64,000 nt of DNA from Puniceicoccales bacterium (GCA_031258545.1 JAIRMU010000019.1:4716-68715), one strand, 5' to 3'; positions 37,457-47,162 are shown, counted from the first letter of the stretch. The notes: generated by a model from the letters alone, not told the origin. Numbers and translations are program-made.

Positions 37457-39873
37457 ACGACTTGTTTCCTTATTTGATAGGTGCAATCTTCTTCCAAACG
37501 AGCCTGTAATTTTTCAAAAACATCGTTTACCTGCTCATCCGTTAGAGTTCCCACATTGGAATCAAATGCGAGTGAAAATGCGAGACTTTTTTTCTCACCA
37601 TTTACCGCATCGCAGAAAACATCGAAAATACTTACGCATTTCAATTGCATCGGAGCTTGCATAATTTTGCGAACCGAATTTTCAATATTTTGACGCACCG
37701 TCTCGGCCAACGTACCCGTGTCCACCAACAAAGCCAAATCTTTACGTACGGCAGGGTATTCCGAGTAAACCTGAAAACTTTTGTGATCTTTTATGTTCAG
37801 TTTGTCGGGTATCCAACAACACTCTCCTGCCAAAACAACCGATTCTTTAAACCACCGACGTGTAAAATTCAAATTCACGTATCCAAAATTGGCTTCAAAA
37901 CCGAGCCCTTCCCACGCCCCCACACTTCCGGCATAGTCTTTCTGCCATAAGGCCTCCACTTGTTTTGTGGCCCTTTGTACCATGTGCGTGCCTCCACAGG
38001 CCACCATCATCGAACGTACCAATGCCTGTGCATCGTAAAAATCAAATGGCGGTATCTCTTTCCATCGTTTAACCTCGGCCGGACACACCACAAACGCGCT
38101 TGCAAACAACTCGCACAATTGACCATCCTTCTGAATTCGAAATATGCGTCCCGATTCGAATAAACGTTCCACATCGTTACCATGGTGCCTATTGTCGCAC
38201 AACGTATGCAACAGTCCTGGAATGAGAGAAGAACGTAAACATGCATGTTCCGCACTTAACGGATTGAACACCTGCAATGCCTTTAATGCTTCTGCCGACA
38301 TTAAATTTTCATACAAAGAAGCCGGCTGTAAACTATCCGTGTAGCATTCCAAAAATCCGTGTGCGGATAAAAGTTGTGCGTGCTTCTTTTTTAGAAGATG
38401 TACACTCGAAGTATTCAGGCAACATGCAGGTCCTTCAGGTATTTTAGAAGGTATCGAGTCAGTACCAAACAAACGTAGAAACTCTTCAATTAAATCCACC
38501 ACCTGCGAAACATCAGCCCGGTGGGCAGGGATTGTTACCTCCCAATGTTCATCTCCGCAAGGCACAACTTCAAATCCTAATTTTTTTAAGGTATCGACAA
38601 AGAATTTCGAATCTACGTGAAAACCCAACAATTTTTCCACTTGAGGGAATTCAAATTTCACTTTACGCAGCGGAACCGTATCGGAGCCCGCAAATACGCA
38701 CTGCTCGCATACAATATTATCATCCATGGATAACAATAATTGGACGGCTCGGCACAAAGCCTCTCGCGCATGCGTTTTATCCACGTGACGTTCAAAACGG
38801 TAGGCACTATCCGAACCCAGGTCCAACTTTCTAGAGGACATACGTATACTATCCGCTTGAAAATGGGCACTTTCCAAAAAAACAGTCATTGTGGTTGCTT
38901 TAATTTCACTCTCTTTCCCTCCCATAATACCTGCAATCGCTAACGGCTTATCGCGGTCCGCAATAAGCAAAGTACCTTCCGGCAAAGACCTCGTAATCCC
39001 ATCCAACGTTCTCATACATTCGCCCACACGTGCACCCCGTACGCAAATACGATCCCCATGGATAAGATCCCAATCAAAAGCGTGCAACGGTTGACCTCTC
39101 TCCAAAAGTACAAAATTGGTCACATCCACCACGTTATTGACGGAACGTAACCCCACCGATTGCAACGCATTTTTCAACCAATCCGGACTAGGACCTACGT
39201 GTACGTTTTTCAACAGGCAACCCGCATAATAATCGCACGCATCCGAATTGAGTTCCACCGATATACTTTTAACCGGAGGTAAATCCAACAAACATTCGGG
39301 GTAAATAACAGGTAAATCCAATGCAGCACTTAATTCTCTCGCTATACCCAAATAACTCAAACAATCCCCACGATTGGAGGTAATGGATAGATCGATAACC
39401 GTATCGCTTTGATCCGCAAAAAGCTTTGCCAAAGGCTCTCCAACGTTTGTATTTAATTCATTGAGAATGTACAAACCCGCACTCTCTTTACCCAACCCCA
39501 ATTCGTTGGCACTGCACATCATGCCGCATGATTCAATACCCCGTATGCGTGTCTTTTGCAAAATGGTTTCTCCCAATTGTGCACCCGGCAACGCGACGGG
39601 AACCACATCGCCTTCTTTAAAATTCGTCGCTCCACAAACGATTTGCAACAAACCATCTCGCCCAACATCTACTTCGCAAACGCTTAATCGATCGGCATTA
39701 GGGTGTTTTTCTTTTTTTAGAACGCGACCCACTACCAAATCACCCTTGCCGCAATATCCAATCGTCTCAATATTTTCTACTTCGAAACCCAAACGGGTCA
39801 AAATCTCGCACAATTCTATTGGAGACTGTTTGAAATGGATATACCGTTTTAGGGTGTTTAAAGCGACTTTCAT
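37453..39873 (-). CDS. pheT: Phenylalanine-tRNA ligase beta subunit
   Basis: HPNADRLSVC.VD, IVCGA.N, S.GMMCS..ELG, T.NRGDCLS..G.ARE, NNVVDVTNFV..E.GQPLHAFD, C-terminal FDX-ACB domain. Confidence 0.97.
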   Translation of the reverse strand: MKVALNTLKRYIHFKQSPIELCEILTRLGFEVENIETIGYCGKGDLVVGRVLKKEKHPNADRLSVCEVDVGRDGLLQIVCGATNFKEGDVVPVALPGAQLGETILQKTRIRGIESCGMMCSANELGLGKESAGLYILNELNTNVGEPLAKLFADQSDTVIDLSITSNRGDCLSYLGIARELSAALDLPVIYPECLLDLPPVKSISVELNSDACDYYAGCLLKNVHVGPSPDWLKNALQSVGLRSVNNVVDVTNFVLLERGQPLHAFDWDLIHGDRICVRGARVGECMRTLDGITRSLPEGTLLIADRDKPLAIAGIMGGKESEIKATTMTVFLESAHFQADSIRMSSRKLDLGSDSAYRFERHVDKTHAREALCRAVQLLLSMDDNIVCEQCVFAGSDTVPLRKVKFEFPQVEKLLGFHVDSKFFVDTLKKLGFEVVPCGDEHWEVTIPAHRADVSQVVDLIEEFLRLFGTDSIPSKIPEGPACCLNTSSVHLLKKKHAQLLSAHGFLECYTDSLQPASLYENLMSAEALKALQVFNPLSAEHACLRSSLIPGLLHTLCDNRHHGNDVERLFESGRIFRIQKDGQLCELFASAFVVCPAEVKRWKEIPPFDFYDAQALVRSMMVACGGTHMVQRATKQVEALWQKDYAGSVGAWEGLGFEANFGYVNLNFTRRWFKESVVLAGECCWIPDKLNIKDHKSFQVYSEYPAVRKDLALLVDTGTLAETVRQNIENSVRKIMQAPMQLKCVSIFDVFCDAVNGEKKSLAFSLAFDSNVGTLTDEQVNDVFEKLQARLEEDCTYQIRKQVV

Positions 39874-39946
39874 GCCTCGAAAGTAAAATCCTTAAGGGCA
39901 ACTTTGTCAACATGAATTCAGATCATAAATTGCCCGAAAGTTTTCT

Positions 39947-40459
39947 TTACCAACGAATACGAACGCACCCATGTTGGCCGGCTAAACGCTCCTTTACCTT
40001 GTAATCTCTTTGGCCACTACCTCCATCTCCCAGCTGACCTAACATGTCAACATGTTGGCCGGTACAATGACTCGCACAAGCTCTTGTTGCCGGTACGCCC
40101 ATCGCCCCTCCACCGCAATTAATTTCCAAAGAATGAATATGGACCGTCGTTGCCTCACCTGCAGTTAACTCCGAGGCTTGCCCAACATAAATGGAAACAA
40201 TACCTCCACTTTGTACGCCCTCGATTTTCTCCGTCCTAAAAACACCCGAACCTCCACCGTTTCCACTGACGTTGAAATCAGCCAAATGCTGTACATCGAG
40301 ATAGATTCTCATGTTTTGCTGCGATTTTGTCCTCGCATCCATCGTTGATATCCAACTGTTTTCATTTATCCGATCAGCCCCATGCTCCACAACGTTATGA
40401 GAAAAAGAAACACCATATGTATAAACATAGCTCTTATCCCTTTCATCATTGTATATCAT
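39947..40459 (-). CDS. C-terminal part of a split glycine-rich-domain protein
   Basis: GNGGGSG..R......G..VSIYVG and GDGGSG...GQHGCVRIRW; lies in the -1 frame relative to the upstream ORF. Confidence 0.55.
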   Translation of the reverse strand: MIYNDERDKSYVYTYGVSFSHNVVEHGADRINENSWISTMDARTKSQQNMRIYLDVQHLADFNVSGNGGGSGVFRTEKIEGVQSGGIVSIYVGQASELTAGEATTVHIHSLEINCGGGAMGVPATRACASHCTGQHVDMLGQLGDGGSGQRDYKVKERLAGQHGCVRIRW

Positions 40460-40461
40460 AT

Positions 40462-41853
40462 TTAAAAAAAATCTCTTGTTTCTTTATCTTTAAGTTCTAC
40501 GCATTGATTAAATCGAGGTAGGGTATGAGGGTTATCAGTTCTATAAATTAAATGTGCATTGCTGGTCGCAGGATACTTACTCATACGGCCGGTAACATTG
40601 GTGACGCGCGCCGGACCTGTCACACGTATGTGCGTTTTACTCCATATCCATCCTCTCCACGAATGGTATTCTAGGTTAAGATCACTCGTCTGCTCCACCG
40701 GGGCACCCCAATCTCGGTAAGACAAAGCGGGACTACCGCTTCCGCCCGCACCGATCGCTTCAATCGTAATGGTATGTACGCCTTCCGGAATCATCCAAAA
40801 ATGCTTCCCGGGTTGATCAAAAACGATCTGCCCATGATTTTGTTCGGCAACCATATCGGTTACCTCACCCACATCCTCATCCATTGAAATTTTAAGATCT
40901 TCCAACAAATGATCGTATTCTTCACTGTATTTGTGCAATTTCTCTAGTTCGCACGCAACATTTCGCTCGCGCATGGAAACGTACAACCAAAGCGTAAAAA
41001 AAGAATCTACATCGATGCAAAAATGCCTGTCTTTGCAATTACACCAAGTGACATGGGGAGAAAACAAATTTAAATAAGGTTCGCAGGCAGGGTCCAAATG
41101 CTGCATTAATTTTACAACGTTACTCGCCACATTATCAAATTCTGATAACCGTCTAAAGGCATCCCACGCCGCATGACTTATTTTAAGTTTGTCCGAAAAC
41201 CTGCAAGGAACGAGGATAAAAGTGGAAGGTTTACAGGTTAAAGGAGAAGACCACGTATCGGTTGGATGCAAAGATAAATCACCGCACTTATCCACGAGTA
41301 AATCGTTAAAAAAATGTGTCGTATAACTCAAAATATTTTGGAAATCGGCTGTAGACAATACTGAAAGCGCTTCCATTAAATGCTGTCGATGCCCCCGTAT
41401 CGGTTCAATAAAATACCGATTCCAAATATCGTGCACTTTTTGGACATCTTTTTGCGCAATATCCAATGGAAGACCCACTAAACAATCCTCGTTATCCTGA
41501 TAGGCATAGTGTTGTAGCACGCAGTCCGGTTGCTTCATGAGATGCGGTAACGTGTGCTGAAAATAGGGATATCCCCACACATAATTGCCAATACTACCAC
41601 ACACCCAATAACTCCCAAACTGGATGGCAAATGGAGGAACGGATTTATATTTTCGGTACAAATTTAAAACATGCGGCAATTCTTCTGCAGAAAAAGATTT
41701 CCTACAAAAAATTTCTGCAGGAATATACAAACAACCTTTATCTTTTTGATTATTTGAATCTTTTAAAACAAAAGTCGGACAATGGGGAAATGCAAACAGC
41801 ATTTCGGTAGCCAAACACAAAGCTACAGTAAAATATTTACTGTATTTGAACAT
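40462..41853 (-). CDS. Orphan protein with signal-peptide-like N-terminus; N-terminal part of a split glycine-rich-domain protein
   Basis: MFKYSKYFTVALCLATEMLFA leader; FDQPGKHFWMIPEGVHTITIEAIGAGGSG near the C-terminus; stop falls within a T8 run. Confidence 0.6.
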   Translation of the reverse strand: MFKYSKYFTVALCLATEMLFAFPHCPTFVLKDSNNQKDKGCLYIPAEIFCRKSFSAEELPHVLNLYRKYKSVPPFAIQFGSYWVCGSIGNYVWGYPYFQHTLPHLMKQPDCVLQHYAYQDNEDCLVGLPLDIAQKDVQKVHDIWNRYFIEPIRGHRQHLMEALSVLSTADFQNILSYTTHFFNDLLVDKCGDLSLHPTDTWSSPLTCKPSTFILVPCRFSDKLKISHAAWDAFRRLSEFDNVASNVVKLMQHLDPACEPYLNLFSPHVTWCNCKDRHFCIDVDSFFTLWLYVSMRERNVACELEKLHKYSEEYDHLLEDLKISMDEDVGEVTDMVAEQNHGQIVFDQPGKHFWMIPEGVHTITIEAIGAGGSGSPALSYRDWGAPVEQTSDLNLEYHSWRGWIWSKTHIRVTGPARVTNVTGRMSKYPATSNAHLIYRTDNPHTLPRFNQCVELKDKETRDFF

Positions 41854-41989
41854 GCAGAATCATCTTCTTTTAATAAAAAACTTTTTGTCAACTCCTAAAG
41901 TGATTAAAAAATAGCCTTGTACACGCACTTATTTACCGCATATATGGTAACTATGTTATTTTAATAATCAAATACAGGTAAATTAGCAT

Positions 41990-42955
41990 TTATTTTAATT
42001 CTCGACGATAAGCGTCGTGCAACCTAAATAGTCCAACACAATTTCTGTTTTCGTCAAAAACCGGCAATACACTCAATTGGCGAGGCCGGTCTTCCATCAA
42101 ACGCACCGCATCTCCCAGACTCAAAGAAGTTACAACGGTAATGGGGCATGTTTGCATGATATCTTTGGCAAGTATTTGCTCTATATCTTGACAGGCTTGC
42201 AAGCATCGACGAACATCTCCATCGGTAATTAATCCCAACAATCGTTTACCCTCGTCCAAAACAAATGCCGCCCCCAAAGGCTTTTCCGTCATCTCAATGA
42301 CAACACAACGTAAAGAAGTTTTTTTGGAAACACAAGCCACCTTCGACAGGGGACAAGTAAATTCTCCGACGGTCTTGCACAAATTTTTCCCCAACTGGCC
42401 ACCGGGATGAAACTTAAAAAAGTCACTCCTTTGGAATCCCCTTGCTTCCATCAGCGCGCAAGCCAAGGCATCTCCCAAAGCCAGGGCAACCGTTGTACTC
42501 GACGTAGGTACGAATCCCAATGGGTCTGCTTCACGCACGATGGAGGCATCCAAAATAAAATCTGCCTGCCTGGCCAAAGGTGAAACGAGGTTACCCACCA
42601 AAGCAATGATGGGCGAGTTAAATTGTTTTAAAATGGGGATTAAACGCAATACCTCTTCCGTACTCCCACTGCGCGACAACAAAATACTTGGGTCTCCCTC
42701 CGAATAAATGCCAAAATCCCCATGCATGGCCTCCGCCGGATGTAAAAATACAGCGCGTGTTCCCGTACTATTGAACGTCGAAACCAATTTTTGGGCAATA
42801 TACCCTGACTTCCCGATACCCGCAAATACAACTTTCCCCGGATGATTCAAAATAACGGAGACAACTTTTGCAAAAGATACCTCATCAAAACGCTCATACA
42901 TCCTTGAAAGGCTAGCAATTTCTTCGGCTAAAACTTTCTTACCAACGCAATGCAT
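41990..42955 (-). CDS. kdsD: Arabinose-5-phosphate isomerase (KpsF/GutQ, SIS + CBS domains)
   Basis: GIGKSG.IA.K, FLHPAEAMHGD.G, S.SGST.E, PTSSTT..LALGDALA, F..FHPGG.LG, CBS pair. Confidence 0.93.
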   Translation of the reverse strand: MHCVGKKVLAEEIASLSRMYERFDEVSFAKVVSVILNHPGKVVFAGIGKSGYIAQKLVSTFNSTGTRAVFLHPAEAMHGDFGIYSEGDPSILLSRSGSTEEVLRLIPILKQFNSPIIALVGNLVSPLARQADFILDASIVREADPLGFVPTSSTTVALALGDALACALMEARGFQRSDFFKFHPGGQLGKNLCKTVGEFTCPLSKVACVSKKTSLRCVVIEMTEKPLGAAFVLDEGKRLLGLITDGDVRRCLQACQDIEQILAKDIMQTCPITVVTSLSLGDAVRLMEDRPRQLSVLPVFDENRNCVGLFRLHDAYRRELK

Positions 42956-42962
42956 ACAAGAC

Positions 42963-43190
42963 CTAAAAACTTAACGACGTATTTTTTGTGGAACACTTAC
43001 GACAACATTGCTCTTCACAATTATCCACATTAAAATATATTTCGCCACAGTGCCTACAATAAAAAACGTGGCGCAATTTTAATGACGCATAGCCCTTGAG
43101 AACACGTCTTTCAAACCTTGTCTGCCAAACGACAAATAAAATAATCGTCGCACAATAGAAAAGGCTTACATAGTACTCCAAAGATCTCAT
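42963..43190 (-). CDS. Small membrane-anchored zinc-ribbon protein
   Basis: N-terminal hydrophobic helix, then FYCRHCGEIY...CCRKCSTKN (CxxC...CxxC). Confidence 0.6.
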   Translation of the reverse strand: MRSLEYYVSLFYCATIILFVVWQTRFERRVLKGYASLKLRHVFYCRHCGEIYFNVDNCEEQCCRKCSTKNTSLSF

Positions 43191-43263
43191 TTAATAAAAA
43201 TTTTTCTCTTCAAAAAGCCCCCCATCAAAATGCTTAACGTTTTTTGCCGGCAAATTTTTAAAT

Positions 43264-43752
43264 TCATTGACCTGCAGGATTTGTAGCTTCAGAAACATTT
43301 ACCGTTTCGTTAGCTTCAGCGGCAGATTTCAACTTTTTAGGTACACATTTCCTGCGACGTTTTTCGCTCGCCTGATGCGATACGTATTCAATAAGACCCA
43401 TGGGCGCCCCATCGCCTACGCGAGGTACCAACTTATAAATACGTGTATACCCACCTTCGCGATCCAAAAATTGTTGCACATCCTCCGCAAATAATTTACG
43501 AACGGCTATCCTACTGCGCACACGTGCAAGCACCAAACGACGAAAATGCAATTTTTCTTCCACGCTCTCCGCCTTCGAGGCTTTTTTTGCCAAGGTAATC
43601 ACCTTCTCGGCAAATGGACGCAAGGCTTTTGCCTTCACCAAGGTTGTTTTAATTCTTCCGTACGTAAATAATTGAGTTGCCAAATTCGCAATCAAAGATA
43701 CACGATGCTCCTTCTTTACCCCCAACTCAAAGCGATGTTTTGTGTGACGCAT
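43264..43752 (-). CDS. rplQ: 50S ribosomal protein L17
   Basis: MRH...LG...HR..L..NL, I.TT..KAK.LR, R.GGYTRI.K. Confidence 0.96.
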   Translation of the reverse strand: MRHTKHRFELGVKKEHRVSLIANLATQLFTYGRIKTTLVKAKALRPFAEKVITLAKKASKAESVEEKLHFRRLVLARVRSRIAVRKLFAEDVQQFLDREGGYTRIYKLVPRVGDGAPMGLIEYVSHQASEKRRRKCVPKKLKSAAEANETVNVSEATNPAGQ

Positions 43753-43765
43753 GATTTAACACTTT

Positions 43766-44770
43766 TCAAATAATAGTTGAAGTTGTATCGAGCAAACGTT
43801 CATCAATCTTCATGCCTAAAGACAGCCCCAATTGCTCCAGTTTTGCCTTAATTTCATTCAAAGATTTTTTACCAAAATTTCGATACTTTAACATTTCCGC
43901 TTCCGTCTTACGCGCCAACTCACCCACCGTCAAAATATTTGCGTTGTTTAAGCAATTCGCAGCACGTACGGAAAGTTCAATCTCATTGACACTCATATTT
44001 AATAACTTGCGCAAACGATTTTGTTCCTCACTTGCTTCCTTTTTCTTATCTTCAAATTCAAATTCCTGCGTCGTAAAGCGATCGAACAATTTTAAATGAT
44101 GCAAGAGAATAACCGTTGCTTCCTTTAAAGCGTCTTCCGGAGTAATGCGACCATCCGTTGTAATCTCCAAATACAGCTTATCAAAATCGGTCATCTTTCC
44201 GACACGAGTACTTTCAACATTATACTTCACCAAACTAACCGGGCTAAACAAGCAATCAATTGGAATAATACCAATCGGTTGGTTTTCTTCTTTATTATCA
44301 TCCGCAAGACGATATCCACGGCCTATAACGACTTTCAATTCAGCCTGAAACCGCTGTTCCTTGCTCAACGTACAAATGACCTGTTCCGGATTGACAACCT
44401 CAATACCAGGCGCCAATTGAATATCTCCAGCAACCACTTCACCTCTACGGGTAACATCGATGCGCAATACAACGGACTCACGTTGCGTACTTTTAAGAAG
44501 AATCTTTTTTAAGTTTAGTACGATTTCTGTGATATCTTCAATAATCCCCTCACAGCTTTGAAATTCGTGATTAATGCCCTCTATTTTAACGGCAGCAATT
44601 GCGGCACTTTCAATGGAACTCAATAGAACTCGACGTAGCGCATTGCCTACCGTATGTCCAAAACCTTTTTCAAAAGGATCGGCAACGAAACAAGCAAACG
44701 TGGGAGTTGCCGTTTCTTCTACCCTTATCAATCGGCTGGGTAATTCAAATTTTCCTAATCGTTTAGCCAT
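43766..44770 (-). CDS. rpoA: RNA polymerase alpha subunit
   Basis: PFEKGFGHTVGNALRRVLLSS, LELSVRAANCL-like motif (IELSVRAANCL), RNFGKKSL.EI. Confidence 0.98.
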   Translation of the reverse strand: MAKRLGKFELPSRLIRVEETATPTFACFVADPFEKGFGHTVGNALRRVLLSSIESAAIAAVKIEGINHEFQSCEGIIEDITEIVLNLKKILLKSTQRESVVLRIDVTRRGEVVAGDIQLAPGIEVVNPEQVICTLSKEQRFQAELKVVIGRGYRLADDNKEENQPIGIIPIDCLFSPVSLVKYNVESTRVGKMTDFDKLYLEITTDGRITPEDALKEATVILLHHLKLFDRFTTQEFEFEDKKKEASEEQNRLRKLLNMSVNEIELSVRAANCLNNANILTVGELARKTEAEMLKYRNFGKKSLNEIKAKLEQLGLSLGMKIDERLLDTTSTII

Positions 44771-44787
44771 GAATTTATTAGTTAAGA

Positions 44788-45393
44788 TTAACGACTGTAA
44801 TACTCTACAATCAATTGTTCATTAATTTCAGGAAGCATCTCTTCTCGCGTGGGATATCGGTTGACAACACCATTGAAGGTGTCTGGCTGTACTGACAGCC
44901 ATGCGGGACAATTACGATAATGGGTGTCCCCTAAAGCACGCGTTGCCAATTGCCGCGAAGAAACTTTTTCACCCATTGCCACCATATCCCCCGGACTGCA
45001 AACAAAGCTGGCGATATCCACCTTGCGTCCGTTGACGCACACATGTCCATGCCCTACCAATTGCCTTGCCGCCCGTCTTGTTTTGGCAAACCCTAACAAA
45101 TAGATTACATTATCTAAGCGACATTCGAGCAAACGTAAAAACGCTTCTCCCGTAATGCCCCGCATGTGCTTGGCTTTCAAAAAAGTCAAATGGAATTGTT
45201 TTTCGGATAAACCAAACATAAAACGTAATTTTTGTTTCTCGTTGAGTCCCAGAGAATAATCGTTAACACGTCTCTTCAAACGAGCACCATGCATACCCGG
45301 CAAATAAGGCTTCTTTTCATATGCCTTATTCAACGGGAACACAGCCATCTTAAAGCGACGATTAATCCGGGTCGTAGGTCCAATATAACGCAT
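44788..45393 (-). CDS. rpsD: 30S ribosomal protein S4
   Basis: Y...L.EKQK, LECRLDNV, ARQLVGHGH..VNG.KVDIAS, IVEYYSR. Confidence 0.97.
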   Translation of the reverse strand: MRYIGPTTRINRRFKMAVFPLNKAYEKKPYLPGMHGARLKRRVNDYSLGLNEKQKLRFMFGLSEKQFHLTFLKAKHMRGITGEAFLRLLECRLDNVIYLLGFAKTRRAARQLVGHGHVCVNGRKVDIASFVCSPGDMVAMGEKVSSRQLATRALGDTHYRNCPAWLSVQPDTFNGVVNRYPTREEMLPEINEQLIVEYYSR

Positions 45394-45411
45394 CTTAAAA
45401 ATCTTTAAATG

Positions 45412-45927
45412 TTAAACTCTTCGTCTCTTCGGAGGACGACACCCATTATGAGGAACAGGGGTAACATCCCTAATGCTCAAAACAGTTAATCCCAACGTTT
45501 GCAATGTTCTAATTGCAGAATCACGTCCCATACCGGGGCCTTTAACTTCAATCACAACTTCCCTTAATCCATGTCCCATGGCAATTTTAGCAGCTTCCGT
45601 GGTTACCACCTGCGCCGCGTAAGCCGTCGATTTCCGAGATCCTTTGAAATTACAACGTCCGGCACTTGACCAAGCCAACACATTCCCATGCGTATCAGAA
45701 AATGAAACTTTTGTGTTGTTAAAAGAAGCCAGAATATGACAAACCCCCACCGTAATATTCTTGCTCCCCTTGGCACGCTTAATCTTCAAACCATCTTCTA
45801 ATCCTTCCTGGACCAACAGAGAACTTGCACTTTCTTTTTCAACGACACCTTTTGTATCCTTATCGGCAACCGCAACAGACTCTACCTCTACTTTTTTTTC
45901 AGTTTTTAAATTTTCATCCATAAACAT
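45412..45927 (-). CDS. rpsK: 30S ribosomal protein S11 (with N-terminal extension)
   Basis: [44 protein letters not shown]. Confidence 0.97.
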   Translation of the reverse strand: MFMDENLKTEKKVEVESVAVADKDTKGVVEKESASSLLVQEGLEDGLKIKRAKGSKNITVGVCHILASFNNTKVSFSDTHGNVLAWSSAGRCNFKGSRKSTAYAAQVVTTEAAKIAMGHGLREVVIEVKGPGMGRDSAIRTLQTLGLTVLSIRDVTPVPHNGCRPPKRRRV

Positions 45928-45942
45928 TTTTTGTTCACAATG

Positions 45943-46317
45943 TTACTTTTTCGTGACCACGCCCACCGTTTTTCGAGCCCCTTTACGCGTACGTGCATTC
46001 GTTTGCGTACGCTGACCACGTACGGGTAAACCTCTCAAATGACGTAACCCACGATAGCACCGAATCGCCTGCAAACGTTTAATGTTTCCAATAATTTCCC
46101 GACGCAAATCACCTTCAATCTTATAACCCGAATGCGTGATTGCTTCGGTAATTTTATTGAGTTCTTCTTCATTTAAATCACGTGCTCGCTTATCCGGATC
46201 TAACTTGGTTGTCTTAACGACTTCCAATGCACGCGTCAATCCAATACCGTAAACATAACGCAACGCATAAGCCAATTTTTTATTTCCTGGTATTTCAACT
46301 CCGAGTAAACGAGGCAT
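45943..46317 (-). CDS. rpsM: 30S ribosomal protein S13
   Basis: [33 protein letters not shown]. Confidence 0.98.
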   Translation of the reverse strand: MPRLLGVEIPGNKKLAYALRYVYGIGLTRALEVVKTTKLDPDKRARDLNEEELNKITEAITHSGYKIEGDLRREIIGNIKRLQAIRCYRGLRHLRGLPVRGQRTQTNARTRKGARKTVGVVTKK

Positions 46318-46368
46318 AATAATCTACTTTTATTCTATAACTTTTGTTGTGATGTTAAAAGGAATGCG

Positions 46369-47145
46369 TTAATTTTTTAGACTTGTCAATATTTCTGGTA
46401 AATCTTTTGTAATTAACACCGTATGTTCAAAATGCGCACAATAATTGCCATCTTGCGTGACAATCGTCCACCCATCCGATAAAGTTTTTATTGCCGGAGA
46501 TCCCAACGTTAACATGGGTTCAATGGCAATAACCATGCCGGCATGCAACAAAGGTCCACTGTGGGGCGCTCCAAAGTTAGGGATTTGAGGTTCTTCGTGC
46601 ATTTCTCGGCCCACGCCATGCCCCACCAATTCACGTACGACACCCAAGTGATTTTTTTCGGCAAAAGATTGAATAGCCCACGAAATGTCTCCCACCCTAT
46701 TACCTTCACGCGCTTGCTCTATGCCTTTTTGAAGAGCCTGTTCCGTCACCGTGAGTAAGTTTTTGACCGGTTCCACCAATTCCCCTAATCCGACGGTACA
46801 CGTATTATCCCCAACAAATCCATTGTAATTGAGCGCCACATCCAAACTTACGATATCGCCCTCCTTCAAAATCTTTCCCTTATTGCCAATCCCATGCACC
46901 AATTGTTCATTGACCGAAACGCACATGTAGGCGGGAAATTCATTTCCTTTGCGGCCATAACCATAAGTCGAGCTTACGGCACCACTTTCTTCCATAAATT
47001 TTTTGGCAATTTGATCCAAGTCGTACGTGCTTACTCCCGGCTCAACCGCTCTTTTTACTTGATCAAGCACCCAAGCTGCACAGGCTCCCGCTTCTCGTAT
47101 TCTAGTAATTTCTTGATCCGTCCTTGCAATCATTTTTAATTTCAC
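46369..47145 (-). CDS. map: Methionine aminopeptidase type I
   Basis: C.SVNE..VHGI, GDIVSLDV, GDNT.T, GHGVG..MHEEP, IAIEPM, AHFEHT. Confidence 0.97.
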   Translation of the reverse strand: MKLKMIARTDQEITRIREAGACAAWVLDQVKRAVEPGVSTYDLDQIAKKFMEESGAVSSTYGYGRKGNEFPAYMCVSVNEQLVHGIGNKGKILKEGDIVSLDVALNYNGFVGDNTCTVGLGELVEPVKNLLTVTEQALQKGIEQAREGNRVGDISWAIQSFAEKNHLGVVRELVGHGVGREMHEEPQIPNFGAPHSGPLLHAGMVIAIEPMLTLGSPAIKTLSDGWTIVTQDGNYCAHFEHTVLITKDLPEILTSLKN

Positions 47146-47162
47146 TTACCCCGGCACCTGCA

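Noticed and set aside
46318-46368. Possible rpmJ (L36) between map and rpsM
   Set aside because: The gap is only 51 nt and has no L36 motif
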